IMG/VR virus record: IMGVR_UViG_3300048861_000251
Location: 1 to 38,294 of that record
Length of the DNA: 38,294 nucleotides
Source of the DNA: a virus
Lineage: Duplodnaviria; Caudoviricetes
Direction: 5' to 3' (one strand)
Below the pieces are notes generated by a model. That model was not told the origin of the DNA, searched no databases, and saw nothing but the letters and a program-made list of their open reading frames with translations. This document shows, piece by piece, positions 1 through 8,311 of this stretch (positions are counted from its first letter, which is position 1; each line of letters opens with the position of its first letter). Made by a program: the position numbers and the translations under genes.

Positions 1-504
1 GTGATACTTCGGTATCGCATTCCTCTACTCGCGTTTCTCGCCTCCCTTCTCTTCCTGTTCCCAACCTTCTCGCAGGCCCAAATCTCGATCACAGCAGCCG
101 GGACCTTTGTGAAGACCGGGCAAGCACCTCCGTCCGACGCGATATCTGAGGTGAAGCTGTTCCAGTCCATCGGTAGCAAGTTCCCGATGAAGGAGAAGGC
201 GTGGAAGTACGTCATCGTTGCGGACGACACGATGTGGAAGCAGTTGATGGTCAAGATGGGGTTCGATCCGAACACGCCTCTTCAGTACTTCGGCCAGACC
301 GACATTGACCATTCGATCACTTTCATACGCGGCTGGGCACTGATCCACCCGGAACTGTTCGGACAAGACCCAGAGCACATCATCGCCCACGAGATGGCAC
401 ACATCTATCTGCACAGCCGAGATGAGAAGCTCGTTGACGATCAGGCTGTCGCTTGGATCAAGGCCTCCAAGAAAAATACGGTCCAAGTGGCAGGTGTCCG
501 ATGA
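1..504 (+). CDS. Secreted zinc-metallopeptidase-like protein (HEXXH)
   Basis: N-terminal signal peptide (MILRYRIPLLAFLASLLFLFPTFSQA-Q) and HIIAHEMAH motif. Start lies at the window edge. Confidence 0.65.
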   Translation: MILRYRIPLLAFLASLLFLFPTFSQAQISITAAGTFVKTGQAPPSDAISEVKLFQSIGSKFPMKEKAWKYVIVADDTMWKQLMVKMGFDPNTPLQYFGQTDIDHSITFIRGWALIHPELFGQDPEHIIAHEMAHIYLHSRDEKLVDDQAVAWIKASKKNTVQVAGVR

Positions 505-626
505 GGATCGCGATCGGATGTGTTCTTGCGTCCGGCGCGCTGCTCGCGCTGTCCGTCATCTGCGGTAAGTGGCTCGCTCGGATCAATGAGGAGTTCGAAG
601 AAGCTGAAAACCGAGAGAACGAATAG
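501..626 (+). CDS. 41-aa single-TM protein (not in ORF track)
   Basis: ATGA overlap with the upstream stop; MRIAIGCVLASGALLALSVICGKWLARINEEFEEAENRENE. Confidence 0.55.
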   Translation: MRIAIGCVLASGALLALSVICGKWLARINEEFEEAENRENE

Positions 627-886
627 CGATATCACCCAATAAACAATTGGAAGGAGCAAGCAAGATGCCGTATACAGCTTGATCGAGGTAGGTTCAACAA
701 TCACGGGGTTGCAGAGCCGGATATTGCGAGCCCACGACAGTTGATCGCAGACTTCAACGCCGACATGGTGTGTGGCAGGATCCGGATGCATCCTTCCCGA
801 CTTTATCCCGGCTGAGAAGGGTGACGATGATCTCGCGTTCGACAACGGATCTCCTTTAAAGCGAGAACGCCCCGTCGCCACGTACT

Positions 887-903
887 ACCAATCTTAGATT
901 GGT
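887..903. promoter_or_regulatory. Operator-like palindrome
   Basis: ACCAATCT-T-AGATTGGT, a perfect 8-bp inverted repeat outside any supported gene. Confidence 0.3.
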
Positions 904-991
904 GAACTAGTGCCGCGGTCAGGCAGTTAATAAGAGCCGCGGTTTTGGGCCGGTGCTTTGTATTGCTTTCTAAGTTGACTCTCCCGGCTGA

Positions 992-1147
992 CTACGGCGT
1001 GGAGTTTATAAGCCTCTCCACTTCATCGAGAACCACCAACCGGTTATCAAATCGTTGGGGTTCGATACCGGCTAGTTCCTTATTTTCCTTAAGGTTGTGC
1101 CGGGCAGCTTCAATTGCAAGGTTCAGTTCTTCATACCAATGTTTCAT
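992..1147 (-). CDS. 51-aa helical hypothetical protein (not in ORF track)
   Basis: AAGGA RBS, ATG start; MKHWYEELNLAIEAARHNLKENKELAGIEPQRFDNRLVVLDEVERLINSTP. Confidence 0.55.
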   Translation of the reverse strand: MKHWYEELNLAIEAARHNLKENKELAGIEPQRFDNRLVVLDEVERLINSTP

Positions 1148-1326
1148 TTGACTACGTCCTTTTAAGTTTGTTGTCTTACTATTATTTAGACGCCTGGTCG
1201 TTATCTTTTCTCCATCACTTTTTTAAGAATAGTTTTCAAATTCGTTACGACTCGACCTTCCATCGCTGATTTGCTCAAGCTTCTTCTAGGTTCCTCTCCG
1301 CTAAATGGCTCTCAAAGGTACGGTAT

Positions 1327-2163
1327 ATGTCAATGTTGTGGTTTTACTGCGATGAAAGCTTTGACTATCCGCAACATCAGCCAAAGAATTATGCCGTCAC
1401 CGGCCTGCTGAGTGATGCGAAGACCTTTGAGAAATTGGAGTCCAATTGGAAAGGCATCAATGACCGATTTCGAGTTCAGCGTTTCCACGCTTCGCCATTA
1501 AACGCGTTGGATGGCGAATATCAGAATTGGGATAAAAATACTCAAGTCCAATACACCAAACGTATGTTGAGGGCGTTGAGAAAGCGAGGTGCCAACCTTC
1601 AAGTTACTTCTATCGGAATTCACGCTGATGCCATGCGGGAATTTTTATCCCCAGAAGCACAGGATCGATTGGGACACCCGTATATTGCCTGCTTCAAAGT
1701 CTGCATTGCGATGATTGCCGCATACATGAGGAAGCTTCCTTCTGAATATCAGTGCAGCGTGATCTTTGAGCGCAATGAACATGAACTCGAAGCTATACGA
1801 GTCTTTAACCTTATAAAGGGCGACCCGGAACTGGGAACAAGGCTTGCAAGCTGCACTCCTGGCGATTGGTTTAACAACGTATCTCTCCAAGCATCTGACC
1901 TCGTCGCATACGAATCCATGCGTCTGATTAAGGGAAGAAGGACTGGCCAGAAAATGAGAAGAGCGTTTCAAGAATTAGCCGGATTCAGTGGTTTTATGGG
2001 TTATTTCTTCGATAAGGAATCAATTGAAGATATGAAAGACCAGATCGAGAATTCCACCTGCGCACCCGGAGGGTACTTGCCCATTTCTCGTCAATTTGAT
2101 CCTGAATACGTAGAAGGGGATACGTGGGAAGATGTGGAGAGAAAGCAGGGGCTCCGCCGATGA
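1327..2163 (+). CDS. DUF3800 family protein (RNase H-like fold)
   Basis: N-terminal FYCDES, central RFHA, and C-terminal LQASDLVAYE motifs. Confidence 0.85.
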   Translation: MSMLWFYCDESFDYPQHQPKNYAVTGLLSDAKTFEKLESNWKGINDRFRVQRFHASPLNALDGEYQNWDKNTQVQYTKRMLRALRKRGANLQVTSIGIHADAMREFLSPEAQDRLGHPYIACFKVCIAMIAAYMRKLPSEYQCSVIFERNEHELEAIRVFNLIKGDPELGTRLASCTPGDWFNNVSLQASDLVAYESMRLIKGRRTGQKMRRAFQELAGFSGFMGYFFDKESIEDMKDQIENSTCAPGGYLPISRQFDPEYVEGDTWEDVERKQGLRR

Positions 2164-2355
2164 AGAGGGCCCGAGCTGCTGCATATTTTTAGCTAACGGT
2201 TTGCACATATACATGTAATCCTGTGGATTAGACATACTCGCCCGAGTATCGATCGGCGATGGCTGCGCCAGACAACAGCCCAATGTCGAGAGATCCCCGA
2301 TTGGAAACTGAACTACACTGGTAGCCTTCGACGAAACAGAGAGGTAGATAGGGCC

Positions 2356-3432
2356 ATGCAGGCGCTTGTGCAGAGATTAGATACTGTTCTTGGCGATCTT
2401 CGGAATGTTCAAAGTGAGCCCCAGTTCGCCCAGATTCAGAACAACAGTGTCCTTCTAATGCTTTTCGAGTCCGCACAAAGAGAAGCGAACTTTTGGATTG
2501 AAAAGGTTACTCCTTGGGTGCTTCATCTCGATGACGATGTCCTTTTGCCAGTTGTGATCTACGCCGAAGCTCTCGTCAATGTGAGTCGGACTGAGGGACG
2601 ACAACAGAATGAAAGCATTCCAGACGCCATAAACAGGTCTAAGAGAGACTTTGAGTCTCGTCTGCCGAGATTGATCTACAGACTTTTAGATATTGCCGGT
2701 CTGACTCGGATAAGCGCCGACGACGTTTTGAGTCAGCGCGGCGTCATTCTTAAAGAAATCGAAGACGCCAAAGGGGCAATGAATGCTGAATTCTCCACGA
2801 GTATCGAAGGCGCAAGAATCAAAATAATCTCACAGGCGAAAGAGGCGGTTGAAGACCTCAACAAGGCGAAGGACGCGGCGACCAAAATATCAGTAACCTC
2901 AGCGGAGGAACAGTTCGATAGTGCTGCTCAATCTTTACGCTGGAAGGTCGGTATGTGGTCAGCGCTTACTTCTCTATTTCTCGGCGGATTCATATGCGCC
3001 ATTGTGCATTTCCTACGCCACCCACCCGAATTAGTTGAAGATGTTGTAAGAGCAATGTCTCCTGCTGCGAAGCCGATACAGACGAATGTATCGGTTCCCT
3101 TGTTGATTGCAGCGAGCGCATATTTTACCAGCGTACGTCTAGCGTTGTTGGGCGTTCTGGGTGTTGGTCTGGCGTTCAGTATCCGTATGATGTCTGCCTA
3201 TATTCACATGGTCGAGCACAATCACCACAAGCTTCGTGTGACCAAGAGTATTGAGGCATTCGTTGCCGCGGTCAGAACACCAGAACAAAAGGATCTAGTT
3301 CTCGGGAAGCTAGTCGAATCCGTAACAGCCTTTGGGGACACAGGGATTCTTTCGGGCAAGGCGAATGAGGGGACCCCGGTACCAACCGTGCTGTTCGATG
3401 CCATCACCAAGAACGTAGGTAAGACACAGTAA
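2356..3432 (+). CDS. Coiled-coil plus multi-TM membrane protein, unknown function
   Basis: GAGG RBS; long helical region followed by hydrophobic segments (WSALTSLFLGGFICAIVHF; LLIAASAYF...LALLGVLGVGLAFSI). Confidence 0.75.
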   Translation: MQALVQRLDTVLGDLRNVQSEPQFAQIQNNSVLLMLFESAQREANFWIEKVTPWVLHLDDDVLLPVVIYAEALVNVSRTEGRQQNESIPDAINRSKRDFESRLPRLIYRLLDIAGLTRISADDVLSQRGVILKEIEDAKGAMNAEFSTSIEGARIKIISQAKEAVEDLNKAKDAATKISVTSAEEQFDSAAQSLRWKVGMWSALTSLFLGGFICAIVHFLRHPPELVEDVVRAMSPAAKPIQTNVSVPLLIAASAYFTSVRLALLGVLGVGLAFSIRMMSAYIHMVEHNHHKLRVTKSIEAFVAAVRTPEQKDLVLGKLVESVTAFGDTGILSGKANEGTPVPTVLFDAITKNVGKTQ

Positions 3433-3486
3433 TCCTTTTCTATTACTTTCAGTAAGCAGTCGGCATCCAAATACTTTTCCACTAAT

Positions 3487-3510
3487 ATTCGTTTTTTATT
3501 CGCCTATACT
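3487..3510 (+). promoter_or_regulatory. Possible LexA-type direct repeat next to a -10 box (leaderless promoter)
   Basis: ATTC-N7-ATTC at 3487-3501, TATACT at 3505-3510, ATG 6 nt later at 3517 with no RBS. Confidence 0.45.
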
Positions 3511-3516
3511 GGTTTT

Positions 3517-3729
3517 ATGTTCGACCCGGACGCTCATCTTCCACGGCTCAATCGGAGCTTAGTCTATCTCGGTGCCTGTCTGATTGCCGGTATCCGGCTA
3601 GCGCGGGAGAAGCAGGTCAACGTCCGGGTGATTACCACGATCAGTGCCATTGAGGAGTCCGTGGACCTCGCACACGAGGTCTACAACAGGGTGTTCAGGC
3701 GAGTCCCAGAGAGGCTGAGCGAGAAATGA
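3517..3729 (+). CDS. 70-aa hypothetical protein
   Basis: ORF follows a -10 box and is coupled by ATGA to the next gene. Confidence 0.7.
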   Translation: MFDPDAHLPRLNRSLVYLGACLIAGIRLAREKQVNVRVITTISAIEESVDLAHEVYNRVFRRVPERLSEK

Positions 3730-4006
3730 AGACGTACAAACTTGTCGCTGTTCCCTTCCTGCTTCGAGAAGGTGATTTCAAGGGGCACCTCGAAACGGTC
3801 ACCTTCATTGCTGCCTCTGAGGAGAAGACTCACAGATGGTGGTCAGTCAACACCGGAACACTCGAGACCGACTTCAGCACCATAGTGTCACCGGAACTGG
3901 CAGGCCACTGATCCAGAAGCTACGTGCCGGTGAGACCGTCGAGTTCCCAAATAGGTATGAGCTGGGAGAAGTGAAGGGCCGTTTTGGTGGGAGTTGGAAA
4001 GATTAG
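3726..4006 (+). pseudogene. Hypothetical gene with a 1-nt frameshift near 3902
   Basis: Frame stops at 3911 (...SPELAGH*), but the -1 frame continues RPLIQKLRAGETVEFPNRYELGEVKGRFGGSWKD* to 4006. A second copy of this 3' end differs mostly at synonymous sites. Confidence 0.7.
3922..4006 (+). repeat. 85-bp direct repeat, copy 1
   Basis: 77/85 identical to 4763-4847. Confidence 0.95.
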
Positions 4007-4419
4007 CAAGCGGGAAGAGCTTGACTCTGCGTCTGTGCCTTCTGCCGCCCGACGAGCGTCTCGCACTTCAACATGAATGCGCCTGGCCCCTCATACACAC
4101 AGAAGATGTGTTGAGACTGTGGAATGCGGTCGCATCCGTTTCCCGTACATAGGGTGAGCACCGGAGTGCCCTCATATCGAGACCGAATCATATCTGTGAT
4201 TGCCATTCGCTCGAAATCTGACAAGGTGTGGCAGAGGATCGCAAGTTGCACCCTCCCTTTGTCGCAGAGAGACTTCACACCAGGGACATCTACTGCAATG
4301 TCGGCTGGCATACCGATCCTGGATAGCATCAGCGCCCTAGTGTGGGACAGGCTCATGTCTTTAGAACATATGAGGGTCATTCCGTTCATATTGCCGACCT
4401 CTAGCCAGAACGTAATCAT
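4003..4419 (-). CDS. Degenerate stand-alone receiver (CheY-like) domain protein
   Basis: LICSKD..LSHTRALML, LAILCHTL, TPVLTL and EGPGAF pattern; the canonical phospho-Asp position is not Asp. True start may be a later Met. Confidence 0.6.
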   Translation of the reverse strand: MITFWLEVGNMNGMTLICSKDMSLSHTRALMLSRIGMPADIAVDVPGVKSLCDKGRVQLAILCHTLSDFERMAITDMIRSRYEGTPVLTLCTGNGCDRIPQSQHIFCVYEGPGAFMLKCETLVGRQKAQTQSQALPAC

Positions 4420-4505
4420 ACTCCCGATCTCGGATACATCTAACGTTCAGAATTTCTGCATCCTATGGTCCAACCACGGTACGAACGCTAATCTCTGGGT
4501 TGAGT

Positions 4506-4700
4506 ATGTGCAACAAACTTTCCGACAAGGACACCACAGAACTACTGTCAAAGGCCGCCAATACTCTTGAGGCTGTAACCAACCTGACGTTTTTGACCGC
4601 CTTCGATGCAGAGCGGCCAAAGCAGGTTAGAGAATACATGCGACTCGCAGACGAACAGTTGCGATCTTTTGCAGAGGTCGTTCGTAAGCATCAGCGTTGA
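4506..4700 (+). CDS. Small HisKA(DHp)-like helical protein lacking the phospho-His
   Basis: SKAANTLEAVTNLTFL...VREYMRLADEQL resembles the HEINNPLEAVTNLLYL...YL..A..EL pattern of histidine kinases. Confidence 0.55.
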   Translation: MCNKLSDKDTTELLSKAANTLEAVTNLTFLTAFDAERPKQVREYMRLADEQLRSFAEVVRKHQR

Positions 4701-4762
4701 CCGTCATCCCCATGCAGCAGGTAGCTCGGAACAACCACACCGTCAGCCCATGAGGTTCCCCC

Positions 4763-4847
4763 ACGTGCCGGTGAGACCGTCGAGTTTCCGAATAGGTATG
4801 AGCTGGAAGAGGCGAAGGGGCGTTTTGGGGGAAGTTGGAAAGATTAG
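4763..4847 (+). repeat. 85-bp direct repeat, copy 2 (orphan gene 3' end)
   Basis: 77/85 identical to 3922-4006; ends at the same TAG. Confidence 0.95.
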
Positions 4848-4890
4848 TATTTCCATAGTTCCGGAAATTCCGTTTGCGGAAATTACCGCT

Positions 4891-5163
4891 CTACCAACCG
4901 CGCCTCCTAAGACTTTCGTGCAGTGCGGGTTCTCGATAACGGAGCGACCAGCGGAATGCTCCTAAGCAGACCATCCCAGAGAATAATGCAAGACACGGTT
5001 CCCAGATATTGCTTCGCCAAGAGTAATAGTCGTGCAAACATCCCACCGTAATGGCCCCAGCTATCGCGCTTACGATGCCCAAGGCAACACTTGCCAAGGC
5101 CCGAGAAAAATATGTCTGCATACCATTGAGATTACCGGAGCAGGTTCCATCAAGCATCCACAA
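4891..5163 (-). CDS. Small 2-TM membrane protein
   Basis: Two hydrophobic stretches; start uncertain (MQTYF is plausible). Confidence 0.45.
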   Translation of the reverse strand: MWMLDGTCSGNLNGMQTYFSRALASVALGIVSAIAGAITVGCLHDYYSWRSNIWEPCLALFSGMVCLGAFRWSLRYREPALHESLRRRGW

Positions 5164-5185
5164 CGATCATTTTCCTCGAAGATCA

Positions 5186-5986
5186 TCATGCACGAGACTT
5201 AAGGATTTGCTCTCGGTACCACATTGTTTCGAGAAGCGATTCCTCAGAGTCGAACAGAGAATAAGCATTCAGGTTGTAGTCGTTTAGTAATTGCAATACC
5301 TTTTCCCGTTCGCTGGAAGGTAGGTCAAATCTCCATAAGAGATCTTGTCCAGATCGTGCATCTTTGAAGACCTTCTCGTGTGAATCAAAAACCCACCCAT
5401 CCACCTTGTTATGGCTATCACAAATCGTATACGTAGACTGTTGACGAAAGTGCCGTGGATGGCTTCGTACGTAGGGGCCAAGGATGCTGATAGTTGGCTC
5501 CCCAAGCGTTCCACCTTTGATTCCATCCGGTCTTTCGCAATAGGCGTAAATCGATCTCTTTAGAAACTTCGGATTTCCATCCCTAAAGGCGAAAAAAGCA
5601 GCAATGTACGGCGATTTAGACCAATCAAGAAGCGGTGAAGGAAATCCGTGATGCCTGAGGTAGACCATAAACTTGTACTGGGAGTCGTGAGGAAATTTCG
5701 GGATACCATCGAATGCCATAATATTGCCAAACTGATTCAGGACTTCGGCGTCGTATTCGGGTGCAATAACTCTAGCAAAAGTTTCAACCGCCGGTCCCAC
5801 CCTAACAGTGAGTAGGTAATAATCGTGAAACGACATAGTTTTTGGCCATTGTCGTTCCAACGTTGTTTCAAGTGACCACTCAGAACTGCTTTGCCCGCGA
5901 AAAACCAACCCATTCTTCGCATATTTTGTGCGCAGGCAATTGAGCCATTGCTCAAACTCCTTCCAGTCCCCTTCTGTCGCCTCCAT
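5186..5986 (-). CDS. FRG domain protein
   Basis: VFRGQ and LRHHGFPSPLLDWSKSPYIAAFFA motifs; GGAGG RBS. Confidence 0.9.
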   Translation of the reverse strand: MEATEGDWKEFEQWLNCLRTKYAKNGLVFRGQSSSEWSLETTLERQWPKTMSFHDYYLLTVRVGPAVETFARVIAPEYDAEVLNQFGNIMAFDGIPKFPHDSQYKFMVYLRHHGFPSPLLDWSKSPYIAAFFAFRDGNPKFLKRSIYAYCERPDGIKGGTLGEPTISILGPYVRSHPRHFRQQSTYTICDSHNKVDGWVFDSHEKVFKDARSGQDLLWRFDLPSSEREKVLQLLNDYNLNAYSLFDSEESLLETMWYREQILKSRA

Positions 5987-6208
5987 TTACAGCCTCCTGA
6001 AGACCATCTCAACGTCCTTGCATATCTTCTGTAGACTATCGCACTGTCACCTCAGCAAGTCCGCTGGCGGATCGACGTGATGTGCTAACGACCAATCCCA
6101 AATGCCGTGGGAGTACAGAGCGCAAAGAAGAAAGGCCCAAGACATAAGCCCCGCGCCTTACAGCTGAAATTCATGCGACCTCTGTGGTAGCAGGCCGCGG
6201 AAGGTCTT

Positions 6209-8311
6209 TCACTGGGTTCCACCAAATTTATTCACCTGATTAGTGGAGTCTGACGCGTTCGCCACTAGGAACCCAATGCGGCCTGTCATCCACGCTGCAG
6301 AAGTTCCGCTGGCGGATGTGCCTGCTGTCAAATCTCGACAAGTCAGGGTAGTTCCAACGATCTCGAGTTGAAAAACGTGGCCGTCGGCACGACCAGGGCA
6401 GCCTGATACCGCGGTGGATCCACCTGACCCGCTCGTTAGGACATAGACTGACCCTTGATTTACGAGCCAGCAATAACCATTCCCCGAAGTATCCATGTGG
6501 ACACAAGGACCGGTATAGAGACCGTTGAATCCGGTTCCGCTGGAGTTGCCATAAGTAATCGTTGCTTCTTGATCGTTAGAAGCGGTTCCAGACGTGTAGA
6601 CCACGATGCTGTTGTTGGTATCGTCCGAAGCTTTTGCGCCCGTACCCGTAGTTTTGGCAGTCACATATCCCGAAGCCGTAGCCGAGGTCCATGGAGTGGA
6701 GATGGGATCCTGGACGGTCGTGAAGCAATCAGTAATTGTGTGGGTTCCTGCGATGTCGCATGGAGGAGGAGTGACTTCAGTGGTGGAGATGTTCAGCGTT
6801 GCGTAACGCATGTTATAGCCAGTCCAACCAGCGAAGTCGCCAGTGAACATAATGGTGGGAGTGGTTCCTGCCCATGCGCTAGGGCCGTAAAACACAGGGT
6901 TGTAAGCACCGCTCCAGTTGCTTGAATAAATGAGCGTCCACGGACCCCACGGATGCGGCGCTTCGTATCCAAGCCAAGTCGTGGACGTGATATTTTCTGA
7001 GGGCGAACTTGAGCTTAGCCCCAGAGGATAGAAAAAGGTGAGCAGCAAGTATCGGTTCAGCGCTGGGATGTATTGCACACTCGGCTCGCCCAGTGCGCCG
7101 GTGTTGCTAATGAGGGAAACCGCGTCGGCCATATCGGAGGACCAATTGGTGTCCTGGGAACCGTCGCCGCCCTTGAAGTATTCGTAATCTGCACCGTTGA
7201 GATTCTGGAGTTTTACCCGCGGGATGCGCGCGATATAGAAGTCATTGCCTCCACCAGCCGTCGGGCCTCCACCGTTCCAAACGCCTTCGTTAGCGATGAG
7301 GTATACGTAAGCGTCCCCACCGTCATGCTGGCTGCATGGATCCGCATACCCCAAAGTTCCATCGTCAGCGCAGTAGTGGATAAACTCCGCGGTGCCCATC
7401 GTGGATAGGCTCCCAGGGAACATCTGTGCATTGCTAGGGCTTGTCTGAGCACCCGCGGCCGCAAAGGTGTTCACCGTCTGGAAGTTATTCCAACTCCTCC
7501 CATGATCGGCAGACCAAATAACCTGTCCGCCACTGTGGATAATCGCACCGCCTTCCCAGGAGTCTGCCTTGCCAATAACCATGAAGAGTTTGCCCTCCAT
7601 GCACCAGAGGCCGGTGTTCTTGGACTCTGTAGAAACGACGCCATATCCGTTGATGTAGTTGGTGGTTTCGATCTGCCATGCACCGACAGTGCCGTTGTCG
7701 AACTTGCCGATGGACATGGGAGAGTTAGGTGTGCAGGAACTGTCGTAATCGTCCCAGCAGTTGGTGTCGAACCCATCCGTGCGAAAGCCGAAGGTGTCAT
7801 CGGCTGTGACGTAGGTTACATCGTCGCTGGATGTGCAGTTGTAATAGGTGTCTCCTGATCCTGAGTTGTGGCTGTTCAGGTCGTTGTAATTGGTTGGTGT
7901 TCCAACACTCAGGCCGGTGATGGGAGTCGAATCGGCTTGAGCAATGGTACTTGCGGTGAAAGCTGATGTTTGTGAACCTGCCGTGATCTGACAGTAGTAT
8001 TCGGTCGATGGGGCCAGTCCGGTGACGATCTGCTCATGAGTCAGACCAGTACGGGCCTCGCTGTCCAGCGCAACATGGTCGTACGTTCCTGAAGTCGTCC
8101 CACATGCTAACGATGGAGTGGCGACAGAGGAAGTATGAAAACTAGTGCTGATGGTCGAAGCCGATGTACTTGGCTCAACCTGCGTGATATCGGGCTGGCT
8201 GGACGAACGCCCAACCATAACACCACCCGACACCTTCGCAGAACCTCCGATTTGCGCATGAGAGACAACAGAAGCCAGTAGGAGGACGAATAGCTTAGAA
8301 CTTTTGTGCAT
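6209..8311 (-). CDS. Exported 700-aa protein: Fn3/Ig-like N-terminus, DUF4185-like beta-propeller, C-terminal lectin-like beta-sandwich
   Basis: Start re-placed at ATG 8311 behind GGAGG. Signal peptide MHKSSKLFVLLLASVVSHA-Q, GLAPSTEYY (Fn3-like), Asp-box SADHGRSW, YEAPHPWGPWT. Confidence 0.7.
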   Translation of the reverse strand: MHKSSKLFVLLLASVVSHAQIGGSAKVSGGVMVGRSSSQPDITQVEPSTSASTISTSFHTSSVATPSLACGTTSGTYDHVALDSEARTGLTHEQIVTGLAPSTEYYCQITAGSQTSAFTASTIAQADSTPITGLSVGTPTNYNDLNSHNSGSGDTYYNCTSSDDVTYVTADDTFGFRTDGFDTNCWDDYDSSCTPNSPMSIGKFDNGTVGAWQIETTNYINGYGVVSTESKNTGLWCMEGKLFMVIGKADSWEGGAIIHSGGQVIWSADHGRSWNNFQTVNTFAAAGAQTSPSNAQMFPGSLSTMGTAEFIHYCADDGTLGYADPCSQHDGGDAYVYLIANEGVWNGGGPTAGGGNDFYIARIPRVKLQNLNGADYEYFKGGDGSQDTNWSSDMADAVSLISNTGALGEPSVQYIPALNRYLLLTFFYPLGLSSSSPSENITSTTWLGYEAPHPWGPWTLIYSSNWSGAYNPVFYGPSAWAGTTPTIMFTGDFAGWTGYNMRYATLNISTTEVTPPPCDIAGTHTITDCFTTVQDPISTPWTSATASGYVTAKTTGTGAKASDDTNNSIVVYTSGTASNDQEATITYGNSSGTGFNGLYTGPCVHMDTSGNGYCWLVNQGSVYVLTSGSGGSTAVSGCPGRADGHVFQLEIVGTTLTCRDLTAGTSASGTSAAWMTGRIGFLVANASDSTNQVNKFGGTQ

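Noticed and set aside
441-881. 146-aa minus-strand ORF
   Set aside because: Overlaps two better-supported plus-strand genes; no RBS or motif.
1040-1075. GGTTCGATACC resembling a tRNA T-loop or left att
   Set aside because: No cloverleaf or CCA, no match to 37388-37434, and it lies inside a plausible minus-strand gene.
3922-4847. Direct repeats as DGR template/variable repeats or CRISPR
   Set aside because: Mismatches are not confined to adenines and are mostly synonymous; only two copies; no reverse transcriptase or cas gene in the window.
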